From Squalus acanthias (lineage: Eukaryota), in the NCBI GenBank assembly GCA_030390025.1, contig CM059438.1, forward strand, positions 68,078,001 through 68,142,000: a stretch of 64,000 bases of DNA. Reading direction: 5' to 3'. Position numbers and translations under genes: made by a program. The notes beneath the pieces were generated by a model that saw nothing but the letters and a program-made list of their open reading frames with translations, had not been told where the DNA came from and ran no database searches. Below, one piece after another: positions 40,450 to 52,181 of the stretch (the stretch's first letter is position 1; each line of letters opens with the position of its first letter).

Positions 40450-41160
40450 GGGCCGTATTTTGCGACCCCTACGGGTGCGTACGAGGTATGTACATGCCCG
40501 TAGGGGCCACGCAAGTTCCGGGTTTAGGCATGCGAAGCACATGCGCTACAACCCGGCACTTGCGGTCTGTCAAGAATTTTCTTGACAGATCCTCCGCATC
40601 CCTGGAAGATGGGCCTCCGCGGGTGGAGAGTTGCACTATTTGCCCAACTTCTGCCCACTGAATGCCTGTCATATTCTTATGCATGGTAAAAGCAGGCGAA
40701 AGGCCTGCTTTTACCAGCATAAGAGTTTTGAAAAATAGAAAAATAAAATTTTATCACTCATTTATAAATTAAAAATACTCTTCAATAAGGTAAATTTTTG
40801 TTTAAAATATTTAATTAAATGGCATTTTAATTCGTTTTAAATATGTAATAAAAAAATATTTTTCATGTGTTGGTGTATTTTTTAAGTGATCCCCATTCAT
40901 ACTTATTGGATGGAGTTCCGTACGTACAGAATCTCCATAAGTATGAATGGGGATTCCCTTATTTTATTGGTTGGGCCGGCCCACGTGATCCCAGGGGCGC
41001 CTATGAACTGCCTGCTCCCCTGGGATACGTGGGCCTCTGCCCGCGCGGACCTGGAGAGGCCCAGGATCGCAAGCTGCCATGCCTCCCGGGTAAATTCGTC
41101 GATTTTTTGCAGGTTGGAGGCGTCCGCCCGCGGGAAGCCGCCGATCGCAAATGTTGGCCC
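40450..41160. mobile_element. Harbinger/PHIS-type MITE inserted in a decayed CR1
   Basis: TIRs GGGCCGTATTTTGCGA / TCGCAAATGTTGGCCC. Same architecture as 11238 and 25211. The flanks at 40010-40445 and 41165-41500 look like old minus-strand CR1. Confidence 0.8.
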
Positions 41161-42094
41161 AATGTCTTCCTGCAGCTTCCCCCATCCTCCACCATATTAA
41201 CCACTCCTGCTATTTTGATGTTAGCATGAACTTTGAGATGAAGCTGCAGGTACCCACTTCCAGTCCATTTTTGGATAAGTTGAAGACTGACGGTCTCAAC
41301 AGCAAGGACTTAACTCATCATACCCCTCCATCCAGAATACTTTCCTTTCTTTGAAACCCTCTGCCTCTTATTGCAAAGACAACCTTCAATCCACCTCAGC
41401 ACATTGCTGTCAATACCATGCCTGCTAATTTTGTGAGCGAATTATCTATGAGATATCTTACCAAAAGCCTGACTAAAATCCAAGTATGTCACATCTACAT
41501 CACTCTCATATCTTTTGTTACATTTTCTCTAACCAGAGTCTCACTCGAACTGAGAGGACATCATAAAATCGGGTTGTCAGTATTGTGCATTTTGTGGCCG
41601 TATAAATTTTAGCTGTGATATCCTCATTAGAGGCACAAGAATTATGTAAAGGGTCCTTCTCTGAATTTCAGCCAGTTCTTTTCCTGGTGCTGGGCTTGCA
41701 TATAGAATGAACGCATTCTGTGACCTGGCTTATTCAAGCAGGATTTTTAAAAGGAGATTATTGTTGCAAGAACACATCGCAAACTCTTTTTTTTCAGTTA
41801 GCAGAAATATTTGTTTGAATTTTGCTCAATACATCAGTTCATGTTTCTGGGAAGCATGTTTTTTTTTCATTTTTTTGTAACTTTTTGCGTCAGTTCTTTC
41901 CTGCAGTATTCTTAGTTGCTGTTGCAATTCAAAATGCAATAGAGAAAGTACTGAGAATGGGAATTTCTTTGGAGGGAGATGGGGGGGTGGGGAGAGGGTG
42001 TCGAGGGTTCCAAGGTGCATGAGTTACAATGACATCAAAGGTGTGTCAACATTCATCACCACTCCAAAACCTGCATTTAAAGTGAAAGTTAAAG

Positions 42095-42445
42095 GAAAAT
42101 TTGCATTTATATAGTACCTTTCATGACCTCAGGAAGTCTCAAAGTGCTTTACAGCCAATGAAGTACTTTTGAAGTGTAGTCACTGTTGTAACACGGCAGC
42201 CAATTTGTGCACAGCAAGGTCCAACAAACAGCAATGTGATAATGACCAGATAATCTGTTTTAGTGATGTTGGTTGAGTAATTAACATTAGCCAGGACACT
42301 GGGGATAACTCCCCTGCTCTTCTTCGAAATAGTCTAATGGAATCTTTTACGTCCACCTGAAAGGGCAGACAGGGCCTCGGTTTGACGGCACCTCCGACAA
42401 TGCAGCACTCCCTCAGTACTGCACTGGAGTGTCAGCCTAGATTAC
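42095..42445 (-). mobile_element. SacSINE1-like SINE
   Basis: Collinear with 22660-23030. Another fragment at 43982-44165. Confidence 0.75.
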
Positions 42446-45400
42446 TGGGACTACTGGAGTTCCACGCCAGAGCATTTGTCGACCCTGTCACATTCACCTG
42501 GATATGTGAGAGGAGCGCTGTCCTCTCGCCGAATATTAAACAATGCATTTTGCACTTCTTGAGGGAAGCCATTGACAGATTTGAGCACTTGACAAAAATA
42601 ACCATTGTGAAATATCCTATATCTTATATGTTGTTATAAGACTTCAGTTTCAATTTCTATCCTTAAAATATAAACATATGGTAACAATGAGCCAACTGTT
42701 GATCTTCTGCTATTATTTCCATTGGTCAGAAATAACTGGGATTCCCATCCAGAACCATTATCGTTGTGGAATGGAAGAAGGATAGGGGCATTTTAAAGTA
42801 TGATGACCATGCCTCATTTGTTGTGGGTCTGTTATTTTAAACTTATTCTATTTCTCCCCTTCTTCTGGTCAATTAGAAGCACCAATTGTGGCTGGTGAAG
42901 ATGGGAAAACAACCTTCCCCCAGATTCCCAGGAGATTTGGGAGAGAGGCCCAGCAATAAATTGGATTCCAATTCCTCTCCACCCCCCTTCCCTGGCAGGG
43001 AAATACTTGGACACACTTCAGCACATCCTCAACACAACGTGGCCAAGATCAGCAAATCAATGCAGTGCTGAATCAAAACTCAGTTGTCCGCCCCATTCAG
43101 TCAGGTATCGAATTTGTGCTGAAATGCCCCTGAGCACTTCATCTCTCTAACATAACCTATTCTATTCTGAAGAACCATCATGGAAAAGCAATATGCCTTG
43201 AACATGTCTTAACCCATAAATTATTTAAGCAGAGCCCAAGATTGTCAGCTGTGTCATGCAGTTCTAAATTCTAATGGTGAACTCATCCAGCTTTATGCTT
43301 TTACTGACCTTAAAGATTTCAGGCTTCTAGGAAATGTCTATAGTCTATCTGTTGTCTGAAATTAATCTCCTTCCTTATTAATGATGAGTCAATCAGGGTA
43401 AAAGTCATTGTCAAGTGTGTTCTCCTTCACTATGTTTGCAATTAGAAGTGAAAGGTTTGATTCCTTAGTGATAAGCCTTACAGTAGGTAGAATGGAATGC
43501 ACCATTTCTGCCTCAACACTTGCGTTATAGACGTTTTGGCGCCACATCCACTGTGGAACTGAACGCGATTGAAAGTAGATCTGGTTTAATGGTTGATGAC
43601 TTGACAGAAACGCACAGGAGAAAATTCTGTTGCCCCTGTGCACTGCCTATCAAATCCCAGCTTATCGCTGACCAGGTTGGGTATTGCTTCAGGGAAAGTC
43701 TTCGTTTTTATGGAATGCTTTCTGGGAAAAGAGTCATTGGTTGGAATTCTTTGATAGTGTAATAAAATCGGTGAATGATGGCAATGTGGTAAATGGTGGC
43801 TCTCTTGATTTTTAGAAGGCATTTTAATAGGTTCCTGACAAAAGAGTAAGACTACTGAAATGCTCCCTCATTTGCTGTGTGGGTAAATGCACTTTATGGT
43901 TTGGTGCTGAGCAGTAAGTTCACGTGGACCACAAGTGTGATTCCACCTATTTTCCGAGGTAGTTTAAAAAGAAAGGCTTGAAAGACTTGCATTTATATAG
44001 CACCTTTCACAACCTCAGGACGCCTCGAAGTGCTTTACAGCCAATGAAGTACTTTTGAAATGCAGTCACTGTTGTAATGTAGGAAATGTGCCAATTTGCG
44101 CACAGCAAGCTCCCGCAAACAGCAATATGATAATGACCAAATAATCTGTTTTAGTGATGTTGATTTCTCTTGCCCATGGCCTCTGATAGGACACTGAAGT
44201 TGACCTCATGGCCCAAGGACTTGCAATGGGAAAAATAGTTCAGGGTTTTCTCTCCTGATGCTATCCAGTGATTTTTTTGTTGGAAATTTCATGTGTGCGG
44301 AGGGTGAGTATGGCGTCTGTCTCAAGTGTTCTGCCTTCTGTGGTCAAATAGCCTGCCAATACTCATTGCCCAGGTTCGCGCACATGACAGCTCATTTCGG
44401 GAAGGCACCAGAGGGCATCCAATATCTGTGGAATTGGATCTCAGCCTTTCGAAGAGGAGACAATTAGGAGCAGGTCAGTTATAACTTGATGGAAAATTGC
44501 TACGGCAATGGCAAATGAAGAGTATTTGAGTAATGGAGTGGTGGCAGTTGGACAGTTTGTATCGTTCATAAATTAACTTGATAGCAGTAAAATTGTTTAG
44601 ATTTAGAGATAATGCCAAGTTTTGTGGGTAAGCAGGATGTTCAGAGGAAAGAGATACCATTCTAAGAGATGTTAAGACATTTAGCCACTGGGCAGATATG
44701 TGACAAATGGAATTTAGTATTGCAAGATGCAAGGAGGGAATATATATTGATGTTTGTTCCACCATCGACCCACATCCCACAGAGAGGTATCAGGCTGCAC
44801 CATGTCTGGGGGCAGGGGTCTGGGAGGGTTGAACCAGATGGCACTTTCCTGTCTTTTTTCATGTATTTGTATGATGTAATACAGCTTGATTTAAAAATTA
44901 GGCCTATTTGTGAGTGTGTGTAATAAATATAAAAGCTGATCTCTCCTGGTACGAGTCAGATGATATGCAAAAGTGTGATATTTGAAGTGTGACAAGAAAT
45001 TAATGTGATACTTACAGGAAGTTTTTGCTATGCACAGGACTATATTTTGCATCTGCTGCCCATTTGCAACACATCTGGAGTATTCAAAGTGAAAAACAAA
45101 GAGAAAGATAAGGGTGATTTTGCCAATGGGGAGCTTTTTGGAGGCGGGACTCCCACTTGTCGGGTTTCAGTCCCGCCTCCATCAACTTCTGGACAACCCA
45201 CGCTATTTTCCCTTGATTGACCTTGTTAAGCCCACCCAGTGGGCTTAGCAGGCCAATTAAGGGAAAGCCAGTTGCAGAGAACGTCAACGTATGACGTTTC
45301 ATCTGTCAAAAATCTTTGACAGATGAATTGTCATTGTTTGACAGCTCTGTGAAGCTGTCAAACAGGGACATTCCCTGCAGTTTGATGAGGTCTTGAATTC

Positions 45401-45940
45401 AAGACCTTATCAAACCTCTTTCTTTTGCAGAAATGAGATAGTTGTTGCATTGAAGAATGCAACGGCCATCTGTCATCTCTACCGTGGAGGTGCGGGATTC
45501 TCTGCATACCCACCGACTGAAGCCTGCAGGAAGAAACAAAGGTAAGTACACTTTTTCTAACACTTTCCACTTACCTCAGATACTCACCTCTCCACTCTTG
45601 CACCCATCACTCACCTCCACAGCACACTTTTGGACCCCTACCTCCCCCGACCCTGCAGACCCACTACTCGCCTCGGTGACCCTGGCGGGGTTCGGAGCCT
45701 TCGGGAAGCCCGCACTTGTGAGGGCAAAATGGTGATAAGCTTATTTTCTGCCTGTTAACTACCTGTTAACAGGCAGTCAATTGGCTTTAATCCCTTCCCG
45801 CCTCCAAGGAGATGGGACCAGCGCGAGACGGCTACCCGCCTCCTGGGAAGATGGCATGGAGGCAGGTTGGGGCGGGTTGGGCACCCACCCCAAAAATCTG
45901 CCATTTTCCCAGCAGTCCCGCCTCCATACCCGCCTCCCCA

Positions 45941-47226
45941 TGAAGGGATAATTACTAGTCCTAGCCCCTTTAGGGCTACCCCGGATCAGGCATATTCCCC
46001 AGAAGTTCACTTTCAACTAAAGTTTGAGGTAGCCAGCCGAATCTTAAAGACGCTTAATTGGGTCTAAAGGTCCAGACTATCTTTCCCTAGAGGAAAGGAA
46101 CAACCTGAAGATGTTACCGTCCTCCAGATAGCATTTTTAATAAGTTTAGCTGGACTGTAATGTTCCAGATATTATGAGGATCCAGAAATCTCCCCCAGAA
46201 TTCTGCAACTCCTCACCAAAGAGCGTACAGAGATTGAGTTTGTGAGTTTGATACAGAAGTACTATGTGAAACAATTCTAAAAATATACAGATTTATTAAA
46301 GAACCGACATATAATTACAGTAGGTGTTTCAATTGCAACATTAACAGTTCCAAAAAGAAAAAGCTTACAATTCTTATTATCAGAGATCCTTATTCTCAAA
46401 TCTTAACTTCGTTACATTTTTACAGTTCTTAGTCTTATTCCAGGATATCCACCAAAATCAAATACCTTTGATACCTTTGATCCCCGAGGTACAAAGAGTT
46501 GTAGACTTACAGAGCTTGCCTCTGCAGCCGAGAATCGCTTTGCCCCTTTACAGCGAGACTATCATCCCATTTGAAAGTTCAATATTTATATCCTTTTTCA
46601 GTGGTATGTCCTTTGAAGTTTTCTGCTGATGTAAGCTAATTATCTCTAGTCATTTTTCTGCTGACTTCTGCTAGTCTTACAGTCAGTTCAGCTGGTAGCA
46701 TTAAGAATCATGTCTCTACCCTAGGTGTTCGGAGCTTATCATAAAAAATGGTGTAACAGCAAGTGCATCTATTTGATGTAATTCTTACCAAGGTCTTCTG
46801 TTTGTGTCTTTTTACGATGTATAATTTAAAACACTTCAACCAGGGTGATCTATGCAATTCTTAGTTACCTCAGCTGGTTGCAACACAGAATCATGTCTCC
46901 TGTGTTGCATTTGATGTCATTTTTATGAAGGCATATGTTTCTTAATTTTCTGTGTTTCTTTCTGAAGTGTAATTTAGGACACCTTAACAGGGTGTACCAT
47001 TGTGTTCTTTCCAAAGCTTCAGACTTCAGGAGCTTCCAACCTCCTGTTTCAATAAGGTTATTGATTCAGTGTCAACAACTTATCTTATCTAAATAGCCTG
47101 TATGCTGTTTACAGCTTTAGATTGTCGAGGCTTCCAGATTTCCAAACCTAGTTTGTTATGTTTTAATAAGGCCAGAATTATTTCATAGAATGGTGTATTT
47201 TTCTGAATATGGCTTATTCCTTCACC
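45941..47226 (-). repeat. 3' LTR
   Basis: Direct repeat of 54023-55303. AATAAA on the minus strand at 46292-46297; GTAAGT donor at 46505-46510. The first base reads G rather than T. Confidence 0.95.
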
Positions 47227-47254
47227 TCCCCCCCCACCCCCCCCCCCAACCCCA
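47227..47254 (-). promoter_or_regulatory. Polypurine tract (G-rich)
   Basis: G tracts on the minus strand abutting the 3' LTR. Confidence 0.85.
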
Positions 47255-47689
47255 CTCTTGACCAAAAAATGAACTCGAGCATCAAGACAGAGTTTGGTCA
47301 ATGTTACTAATAAGATTACAATAGCACATTAATTTCACGAGATTCACAAGAGCCTAATCATGTGCTATATGAAAATTCCTTTTAAGTCATCCTAGGACAA
47401 TGTTTTGCCTTATTTTAAATTGAACACAATTTAAAAGGATGATAGGTACATTTTCATGCAATTAGCAAAACAACATGTACTTAGAATGTCCAATCGGCAG
47501 ATGTACGTTGCGTAGAGGTGAGTTATTCATATGAGTCAAGGAGACGTCATTTGGAACTGGCTGAAGCTTGACACGCTGTTCCTTCAATCCGGCGTGTGGA
47601 CAGATTCTTGTTTTCGTAAAGGCCTTGCCAGGCGCTCAGTTGATTCCTTCTTCATCCGCAGTGTTTTCCTCCTTCATTGAAGTAACTCG

Positions 47690-50600
47690 TTAATCTTTAC
47701 TTGTTTTGGTTGTGGCTTTTTGCGAATCCAATTCCTGAGGTGTTGCCAAGCATCGTGTGGAGGAGTCGGCGACACCATCTGACTGACCGTCGTCAGTAGT
47801 TCGATCGTATCCATTTCCTGTGTCGCGCTCCAAGCTGGGTCTTGAAAGACAGTGTACGACTGCACCTTGTATTATTCCTCCATTTCGGTATCCCGCAGGA
47901 CATCTTTTGAGATTGTCTATGAAGACAGTTTTAAGAATATGCTTGCCATTCGGCTGCTTAATATGTATTTTAACTGTTCTTTCGTTAATAACAGAATGTA
48001 TTTGAACAGGTTTTTTCACTTCGGTCTTAAACCAGGTTTTTGCTTGAACTTCTTTTCCTGTATCCATTCTCCTACTAGGGGTTGCCATGCTTTGTTTTCA
48101 ATTTTTTCTGCCTATTTGCCTCCCTTATCCTCTGATCAATTTGATGAATCTCCTCTGTTACTTTAAAAAAAAAATCTAACTGTTGCTGTCGGGTCAAGGA
48201 CTCATAGAGTGTAGAGGCAATAAAAGAACTATGGGTAAGCGGTGTATGCATCTCAACCACATACATCAGATAATATGGAGTTTTAGGGGACACTGTCTCT
48301 GATGCAGATGCGGGCACATTTTTAAGTGATAGCTGCACCTCCGGAATGACAGTGGTCCACTTATTTCCCCTGATTCCCAACAGTTTGACCAATAGCTTTT
48401 TTACTTCCTGGTTTTTACATTCCACCAGCCCCACTGATTGCGGATGATGTGGCGTGCTGTGCTCTAACCCAATCCCCCTTTGTTTGCAGTAGTCTTTGAA
48501 GACCTTGGAGACAAAGGCTCCGCCTTGATCGGAGTGTATGATTTTGGGTGCACCAGCTACAGTAATTATGTCAGTAATAGCATTGGCGAGTGCGTTTTCC
48601 AAAACAGTTTTTGTGGTGACCAGCCAGCAGAAGGAACTGCATCCATCTACACAAACGAGAACATGTCTGTATCCCAAAGATGGGGGAAGTGGTCCAATAA
48701 AGTCAATAAAGAATTTTCCCATTGGCTCATCAGCTTTCACAGGAGCCAATGGTGGTGGCTTAATTAATGATGACTTATTGGTTAAATTGCATGGCTCACA
48801 ATTTGCCACGTATGTTTTACAGGCCTTAAGCATGCCTGGCCACCAATACAAGGGGGTCAATTTGCAGAATGTTGTTCTGGCACCACAATGTGCTTGACCT
48901 ATGCCCTCGTGAGCTTCTTTTACAAGCTGTTCTCGTTTGTGTCTCGGGAGTACTTCTCGGTTTCCCTTGGGCAACTTAACTAGCACAATACCCGTAGGGG
49001 TTTCCGAGTAAAAGTACTTTGGTGATATCCTGGTGGATTCTCTTTTGTTGGGTTGAATAGCTGAATCAGTTCCTCATCCTGATTAGCTGCCCGTTCTGCC
49101 CTAGTGATTACATTAATATTGGCAGGCCCCTCTCGAGGGGGTGTCATGCAGACCGAATGTTTTGCTTGTTCTCCTGCAAGACTGTTTCTTTTTGAGTGTA
49201 CTGTCCCAGTGGTATGCCCATTTACATGAATCACCTGACAATTCTGTTTCTCCATTCTCGAACGGAGAATGTCTTCCCACAATGACTTATGTTTTATGGG
49301 TTTACCCTTATGATTGGTAAAATTTGTTTGTTCCCAGAAAACTAGATCTTGGTTATATCTTCTTTTACAGTAGTCACTATCTGTACAGATTAGTGTGGGT
49401 TTAATAGGGTCTGCCTTTACTAAAGCATACCGTAATGCTGCAGCTTCAGCATATTGCGCTGTCTTATGGCCAAGGGGTATGGACAGTAATTCTTCTGGAT
49501 AAAAAGAATAGGAATCTCGAAACGTCCCTACTACTATCCCCATCCCAGCTGAGGATTGTTGGGATGTCCCTTTTTTAATCGTCATTGAAGATCCATCACA
49601 GTAAATGACTTGATGGTACTCTGTAAGTGGTCTCATAGGTATTTGTCTGATTCCCTCCTCCGTATCATCATCCTCCATGATGGGGAGATGCTCTAAGTCC
49701 ATTTCCGGGGAGAGGAATTTAAAAATGAGTGTAGGATCATTCAAGAACGATGCCCATTTATCATATCGGATCTTTTTTCATCAGAGGCCATCCTCAATAC
49801 TGATCTTAAATTGGGAATCTCAGTATAGATGGTAATGGGGTATTGCCCTTGAAGGGTTCGTACCTTGATGAGGCATTGGACTACCATAGTCATGAGCCTT
49901 TCTTTTTTAATGTACCTCCTTTTGACATTGGAAAAGTTATAAGAATGGAACTGAATGGGCACTATGCTCTTTTCATTATAGAAAACTGCAACTGCCACTT
50001 TAGGTGATGACCTGAGATGAATATTGAGGGGAACTTGTAGGTCCCTCTGTTCCAGGTCTATGGCTTTTTGTACCTCTCAGCATAATTGTTGCAATTTTGA
50101 GTAATCGTCTGGTGAAAATATGAATGGTCCTTTTGCTGCTTCGCCCACTCTAGCATACAGGGGTGCTGAGAGCTCGGCAAAGGTTGACGTAAAGGATCGA
50201 GCAAAATTCAGGAGTCCTAAACTTGCTTGCAGATTTTTCAGAGTTTTAGGGTATTGAATGGTGGCTAATTTTTCTTTATAGGATTGAATTAAACCTCTAC
50301 TGTTTCCAGTTATTCGCAGGCCCAGAAAATCTACCTCTTCCTTAGCTAGTTGACTCTTTTTTATGTTGATTAAGTACCCAGCAGTTGTAAGTCTGGATAA
50401 AACACTATCAATGGCTTTCAAGTGCTCTTGGAGATTGTCATGTGACAGATATATATCGTCCACATAAGAATTGACGTTAGGTAGGTCTTTTAAAAGGTCA
50501 ATGATGTGGGCTGAAAAGAGAACGGGACTGTTTTGAAATCCCTGGGGCAATCTGGTCCAGCAATACTGATAACCATCGGGTCCAGTCATCACTGTTTTTG

Positions 50601-52181
50601 GCCAATCAGCTTTTTCGATTGGATGTGACCAGAAGCCGTTTGCTAGATCAATACAAGATTTATATTTTTCCCTCATGATTCCAGAGAGAAGGGCTGTGGA
50701 ATTTTGCTGTTGTGCAGTATGTGGGGCCGTTACCCTATTTAAGGTTGTATAATTGACCACTAATCTCCACCTCCCATCTGGTTTAGCAACACCAAACAAT
50801 GGTGAATTAGTTCTAGATGCCATTTTGATTAAGACACCTTGTTCTGTTAGTTCTTTGAGCGTTGTTAGGAGATCTATTTTTCCTTTGTGGTCTTGAATAG
50901 GCCACTGTTTTTTAGGGTTGTGCCAGCCAGCATCAAGTGGGTGCGGTTTGATGTCTATCTTTCCACATTGATTTAGAAGGCGTTGTAGATAAGGGTAGTA
51001 TCTATGAATGAGTTGCTCGAGGAGGTCTTTGCCTCCCCCCTCTAGGCAAGTTTGATCAAGCTGTGTCCAAACATGTTTTTCCCTGTCATCCTGGTCTGTG
51101 GATGCTTCTACAGGTCTGGTTGAGATTTTAAGGTAATGTTTCATGTCTGGTTGTCCTATTTTGAGGGAACAGGCCAATTGTGGTACCAGTCCTACATCTA
51201 GGGTCACCGTGATTCCATATATGGTAATAGGTATTTTGTAAAAATTAAATGGCCCGAAAATTAGACCTAATGCGGGAGAGTACTCTCGCGTATTAGGTCC
51301 CGAAGTGCCGGTTTCCTGCATGCACTGTGCATGCGCGGGAAACCGGCACTTCGGGTATTGCGAAGGGGGCGGTTCCTAAGTGAACCGCGTGCGCGCTACA
51401 GGTTGTGCACACGCAGCGCACTTAGTTTTTTTTTCAGGTTTGAACGCGCAGGTAAGTGTTTAAGATTTTACACATAATGAAAGCAGGCGTAAGACCCCCT
51501 TTTAACAAGGTAAGTAGTTAATTAACTATTATTTTAAATTTTTTTCAACAGGTTTATCTTTTTTAGAGACTTTAAAGAAAGGTAAGTTTATTTTTATAAC
51601 TTTTAAAAAGAATTAAAGTGGTTAATTTATTTAACTATAGTTATTTTATTAATGTGATGGCTTTTAAAAAAAATTTAATTGAGGTTTAGCTGTTCTTTTG
51701 GGGGCTTGTTGTATTCATAGTATTGACAGCTCTTGCTGTCAAAACTATGAATGAAAGATGGTGTGCTGCCATTGGCTCTAACTGGCCCACGTGATCCCAG
51801 AGGTCGCATCGAATTAACTGCGCCTCTGGGACACGCACACACTGCGCGCCGGCACCAGGGAGAGGCCCAGGAACTGAAGTTCGTGTGGGCCAAAACCATA
51901 AAGGTAGGCGCGGAGTGCGATATCGCGGGGGGATCCTTACCCCCGCGGCAACCATCGAACTCCAATTTCTGGGCCATTATTTTGATTTTGTCTTGTGTGA
52001 ATCCCTCTAATGGTCTTTTACAAATTGGGCTCCCCAAATCTGTCCACTTAGTTTTTATAATTGCAGGATCTATTACAGTGTAATCAGCTCCCGTATCAAA
52101 CAGGGTCTTCACTTGTGTGTTTGTGGGCAAGGTTGCCAGGGCGTAGGGGAATTCAAGGGGTCCTGGCTGGGTGCCAGGCCT
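47690..52181 (-). pseudogene. pol: Foamy-type pol (protease-RT-RNase H-integrase), disrupted
   Basis: PR: LFDTGA. RT: KYKSCIDLANGFWSHPI, QYCWTRLPQGFQNSP, YVDDIYLSH, LGLLNFAR. RH: YCDGS, AQYAEAAA, TDSDY, KPIKHKSLW. IN: H..H..CEPC, FIDFIGPLPPSLGY, IIHSDQG, HSTPHHPQSVGLVE, WQPLVGEWIQE, TVFIDNLK. Lesions: MITE at 51251-51975, stop at 50077, frameshifts near 49750, 49020, 48100 and 48017. Confidence 0.95.
51251..51975. mobile_element. MITE inserted in the viral protease domain
   Basis: TIRs GGCCCGAAAATT / AATTTCTGGGCC, flanks AAT/ATT. Removing it plus 3 bp restores the frame QDKIKI-x-NFYKIPI. Confidence 0.92.

Noticed and set aside
38857..47226. Solo LTR and 3' LTR as the ends of one element or an inversion product
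   Set aside because: They are in opposite orientation with different U3 structure, and the host MITE is continuous across the true provirus.
51251..51321. ATG start of ORF 50077-51321 (MQETGTSG...) as the pol start
   Set aside because: It lies inside the inserted MITE; the true pol frame comes from upstream of 51976.
51675..51975. C-terminal part of the 151-aa protease ORF and similar ORFs at 25115-25510
   Set aside because: Read-through into non-coding MITE sequence. The repeated peptides only reflect the twin MITE copies.
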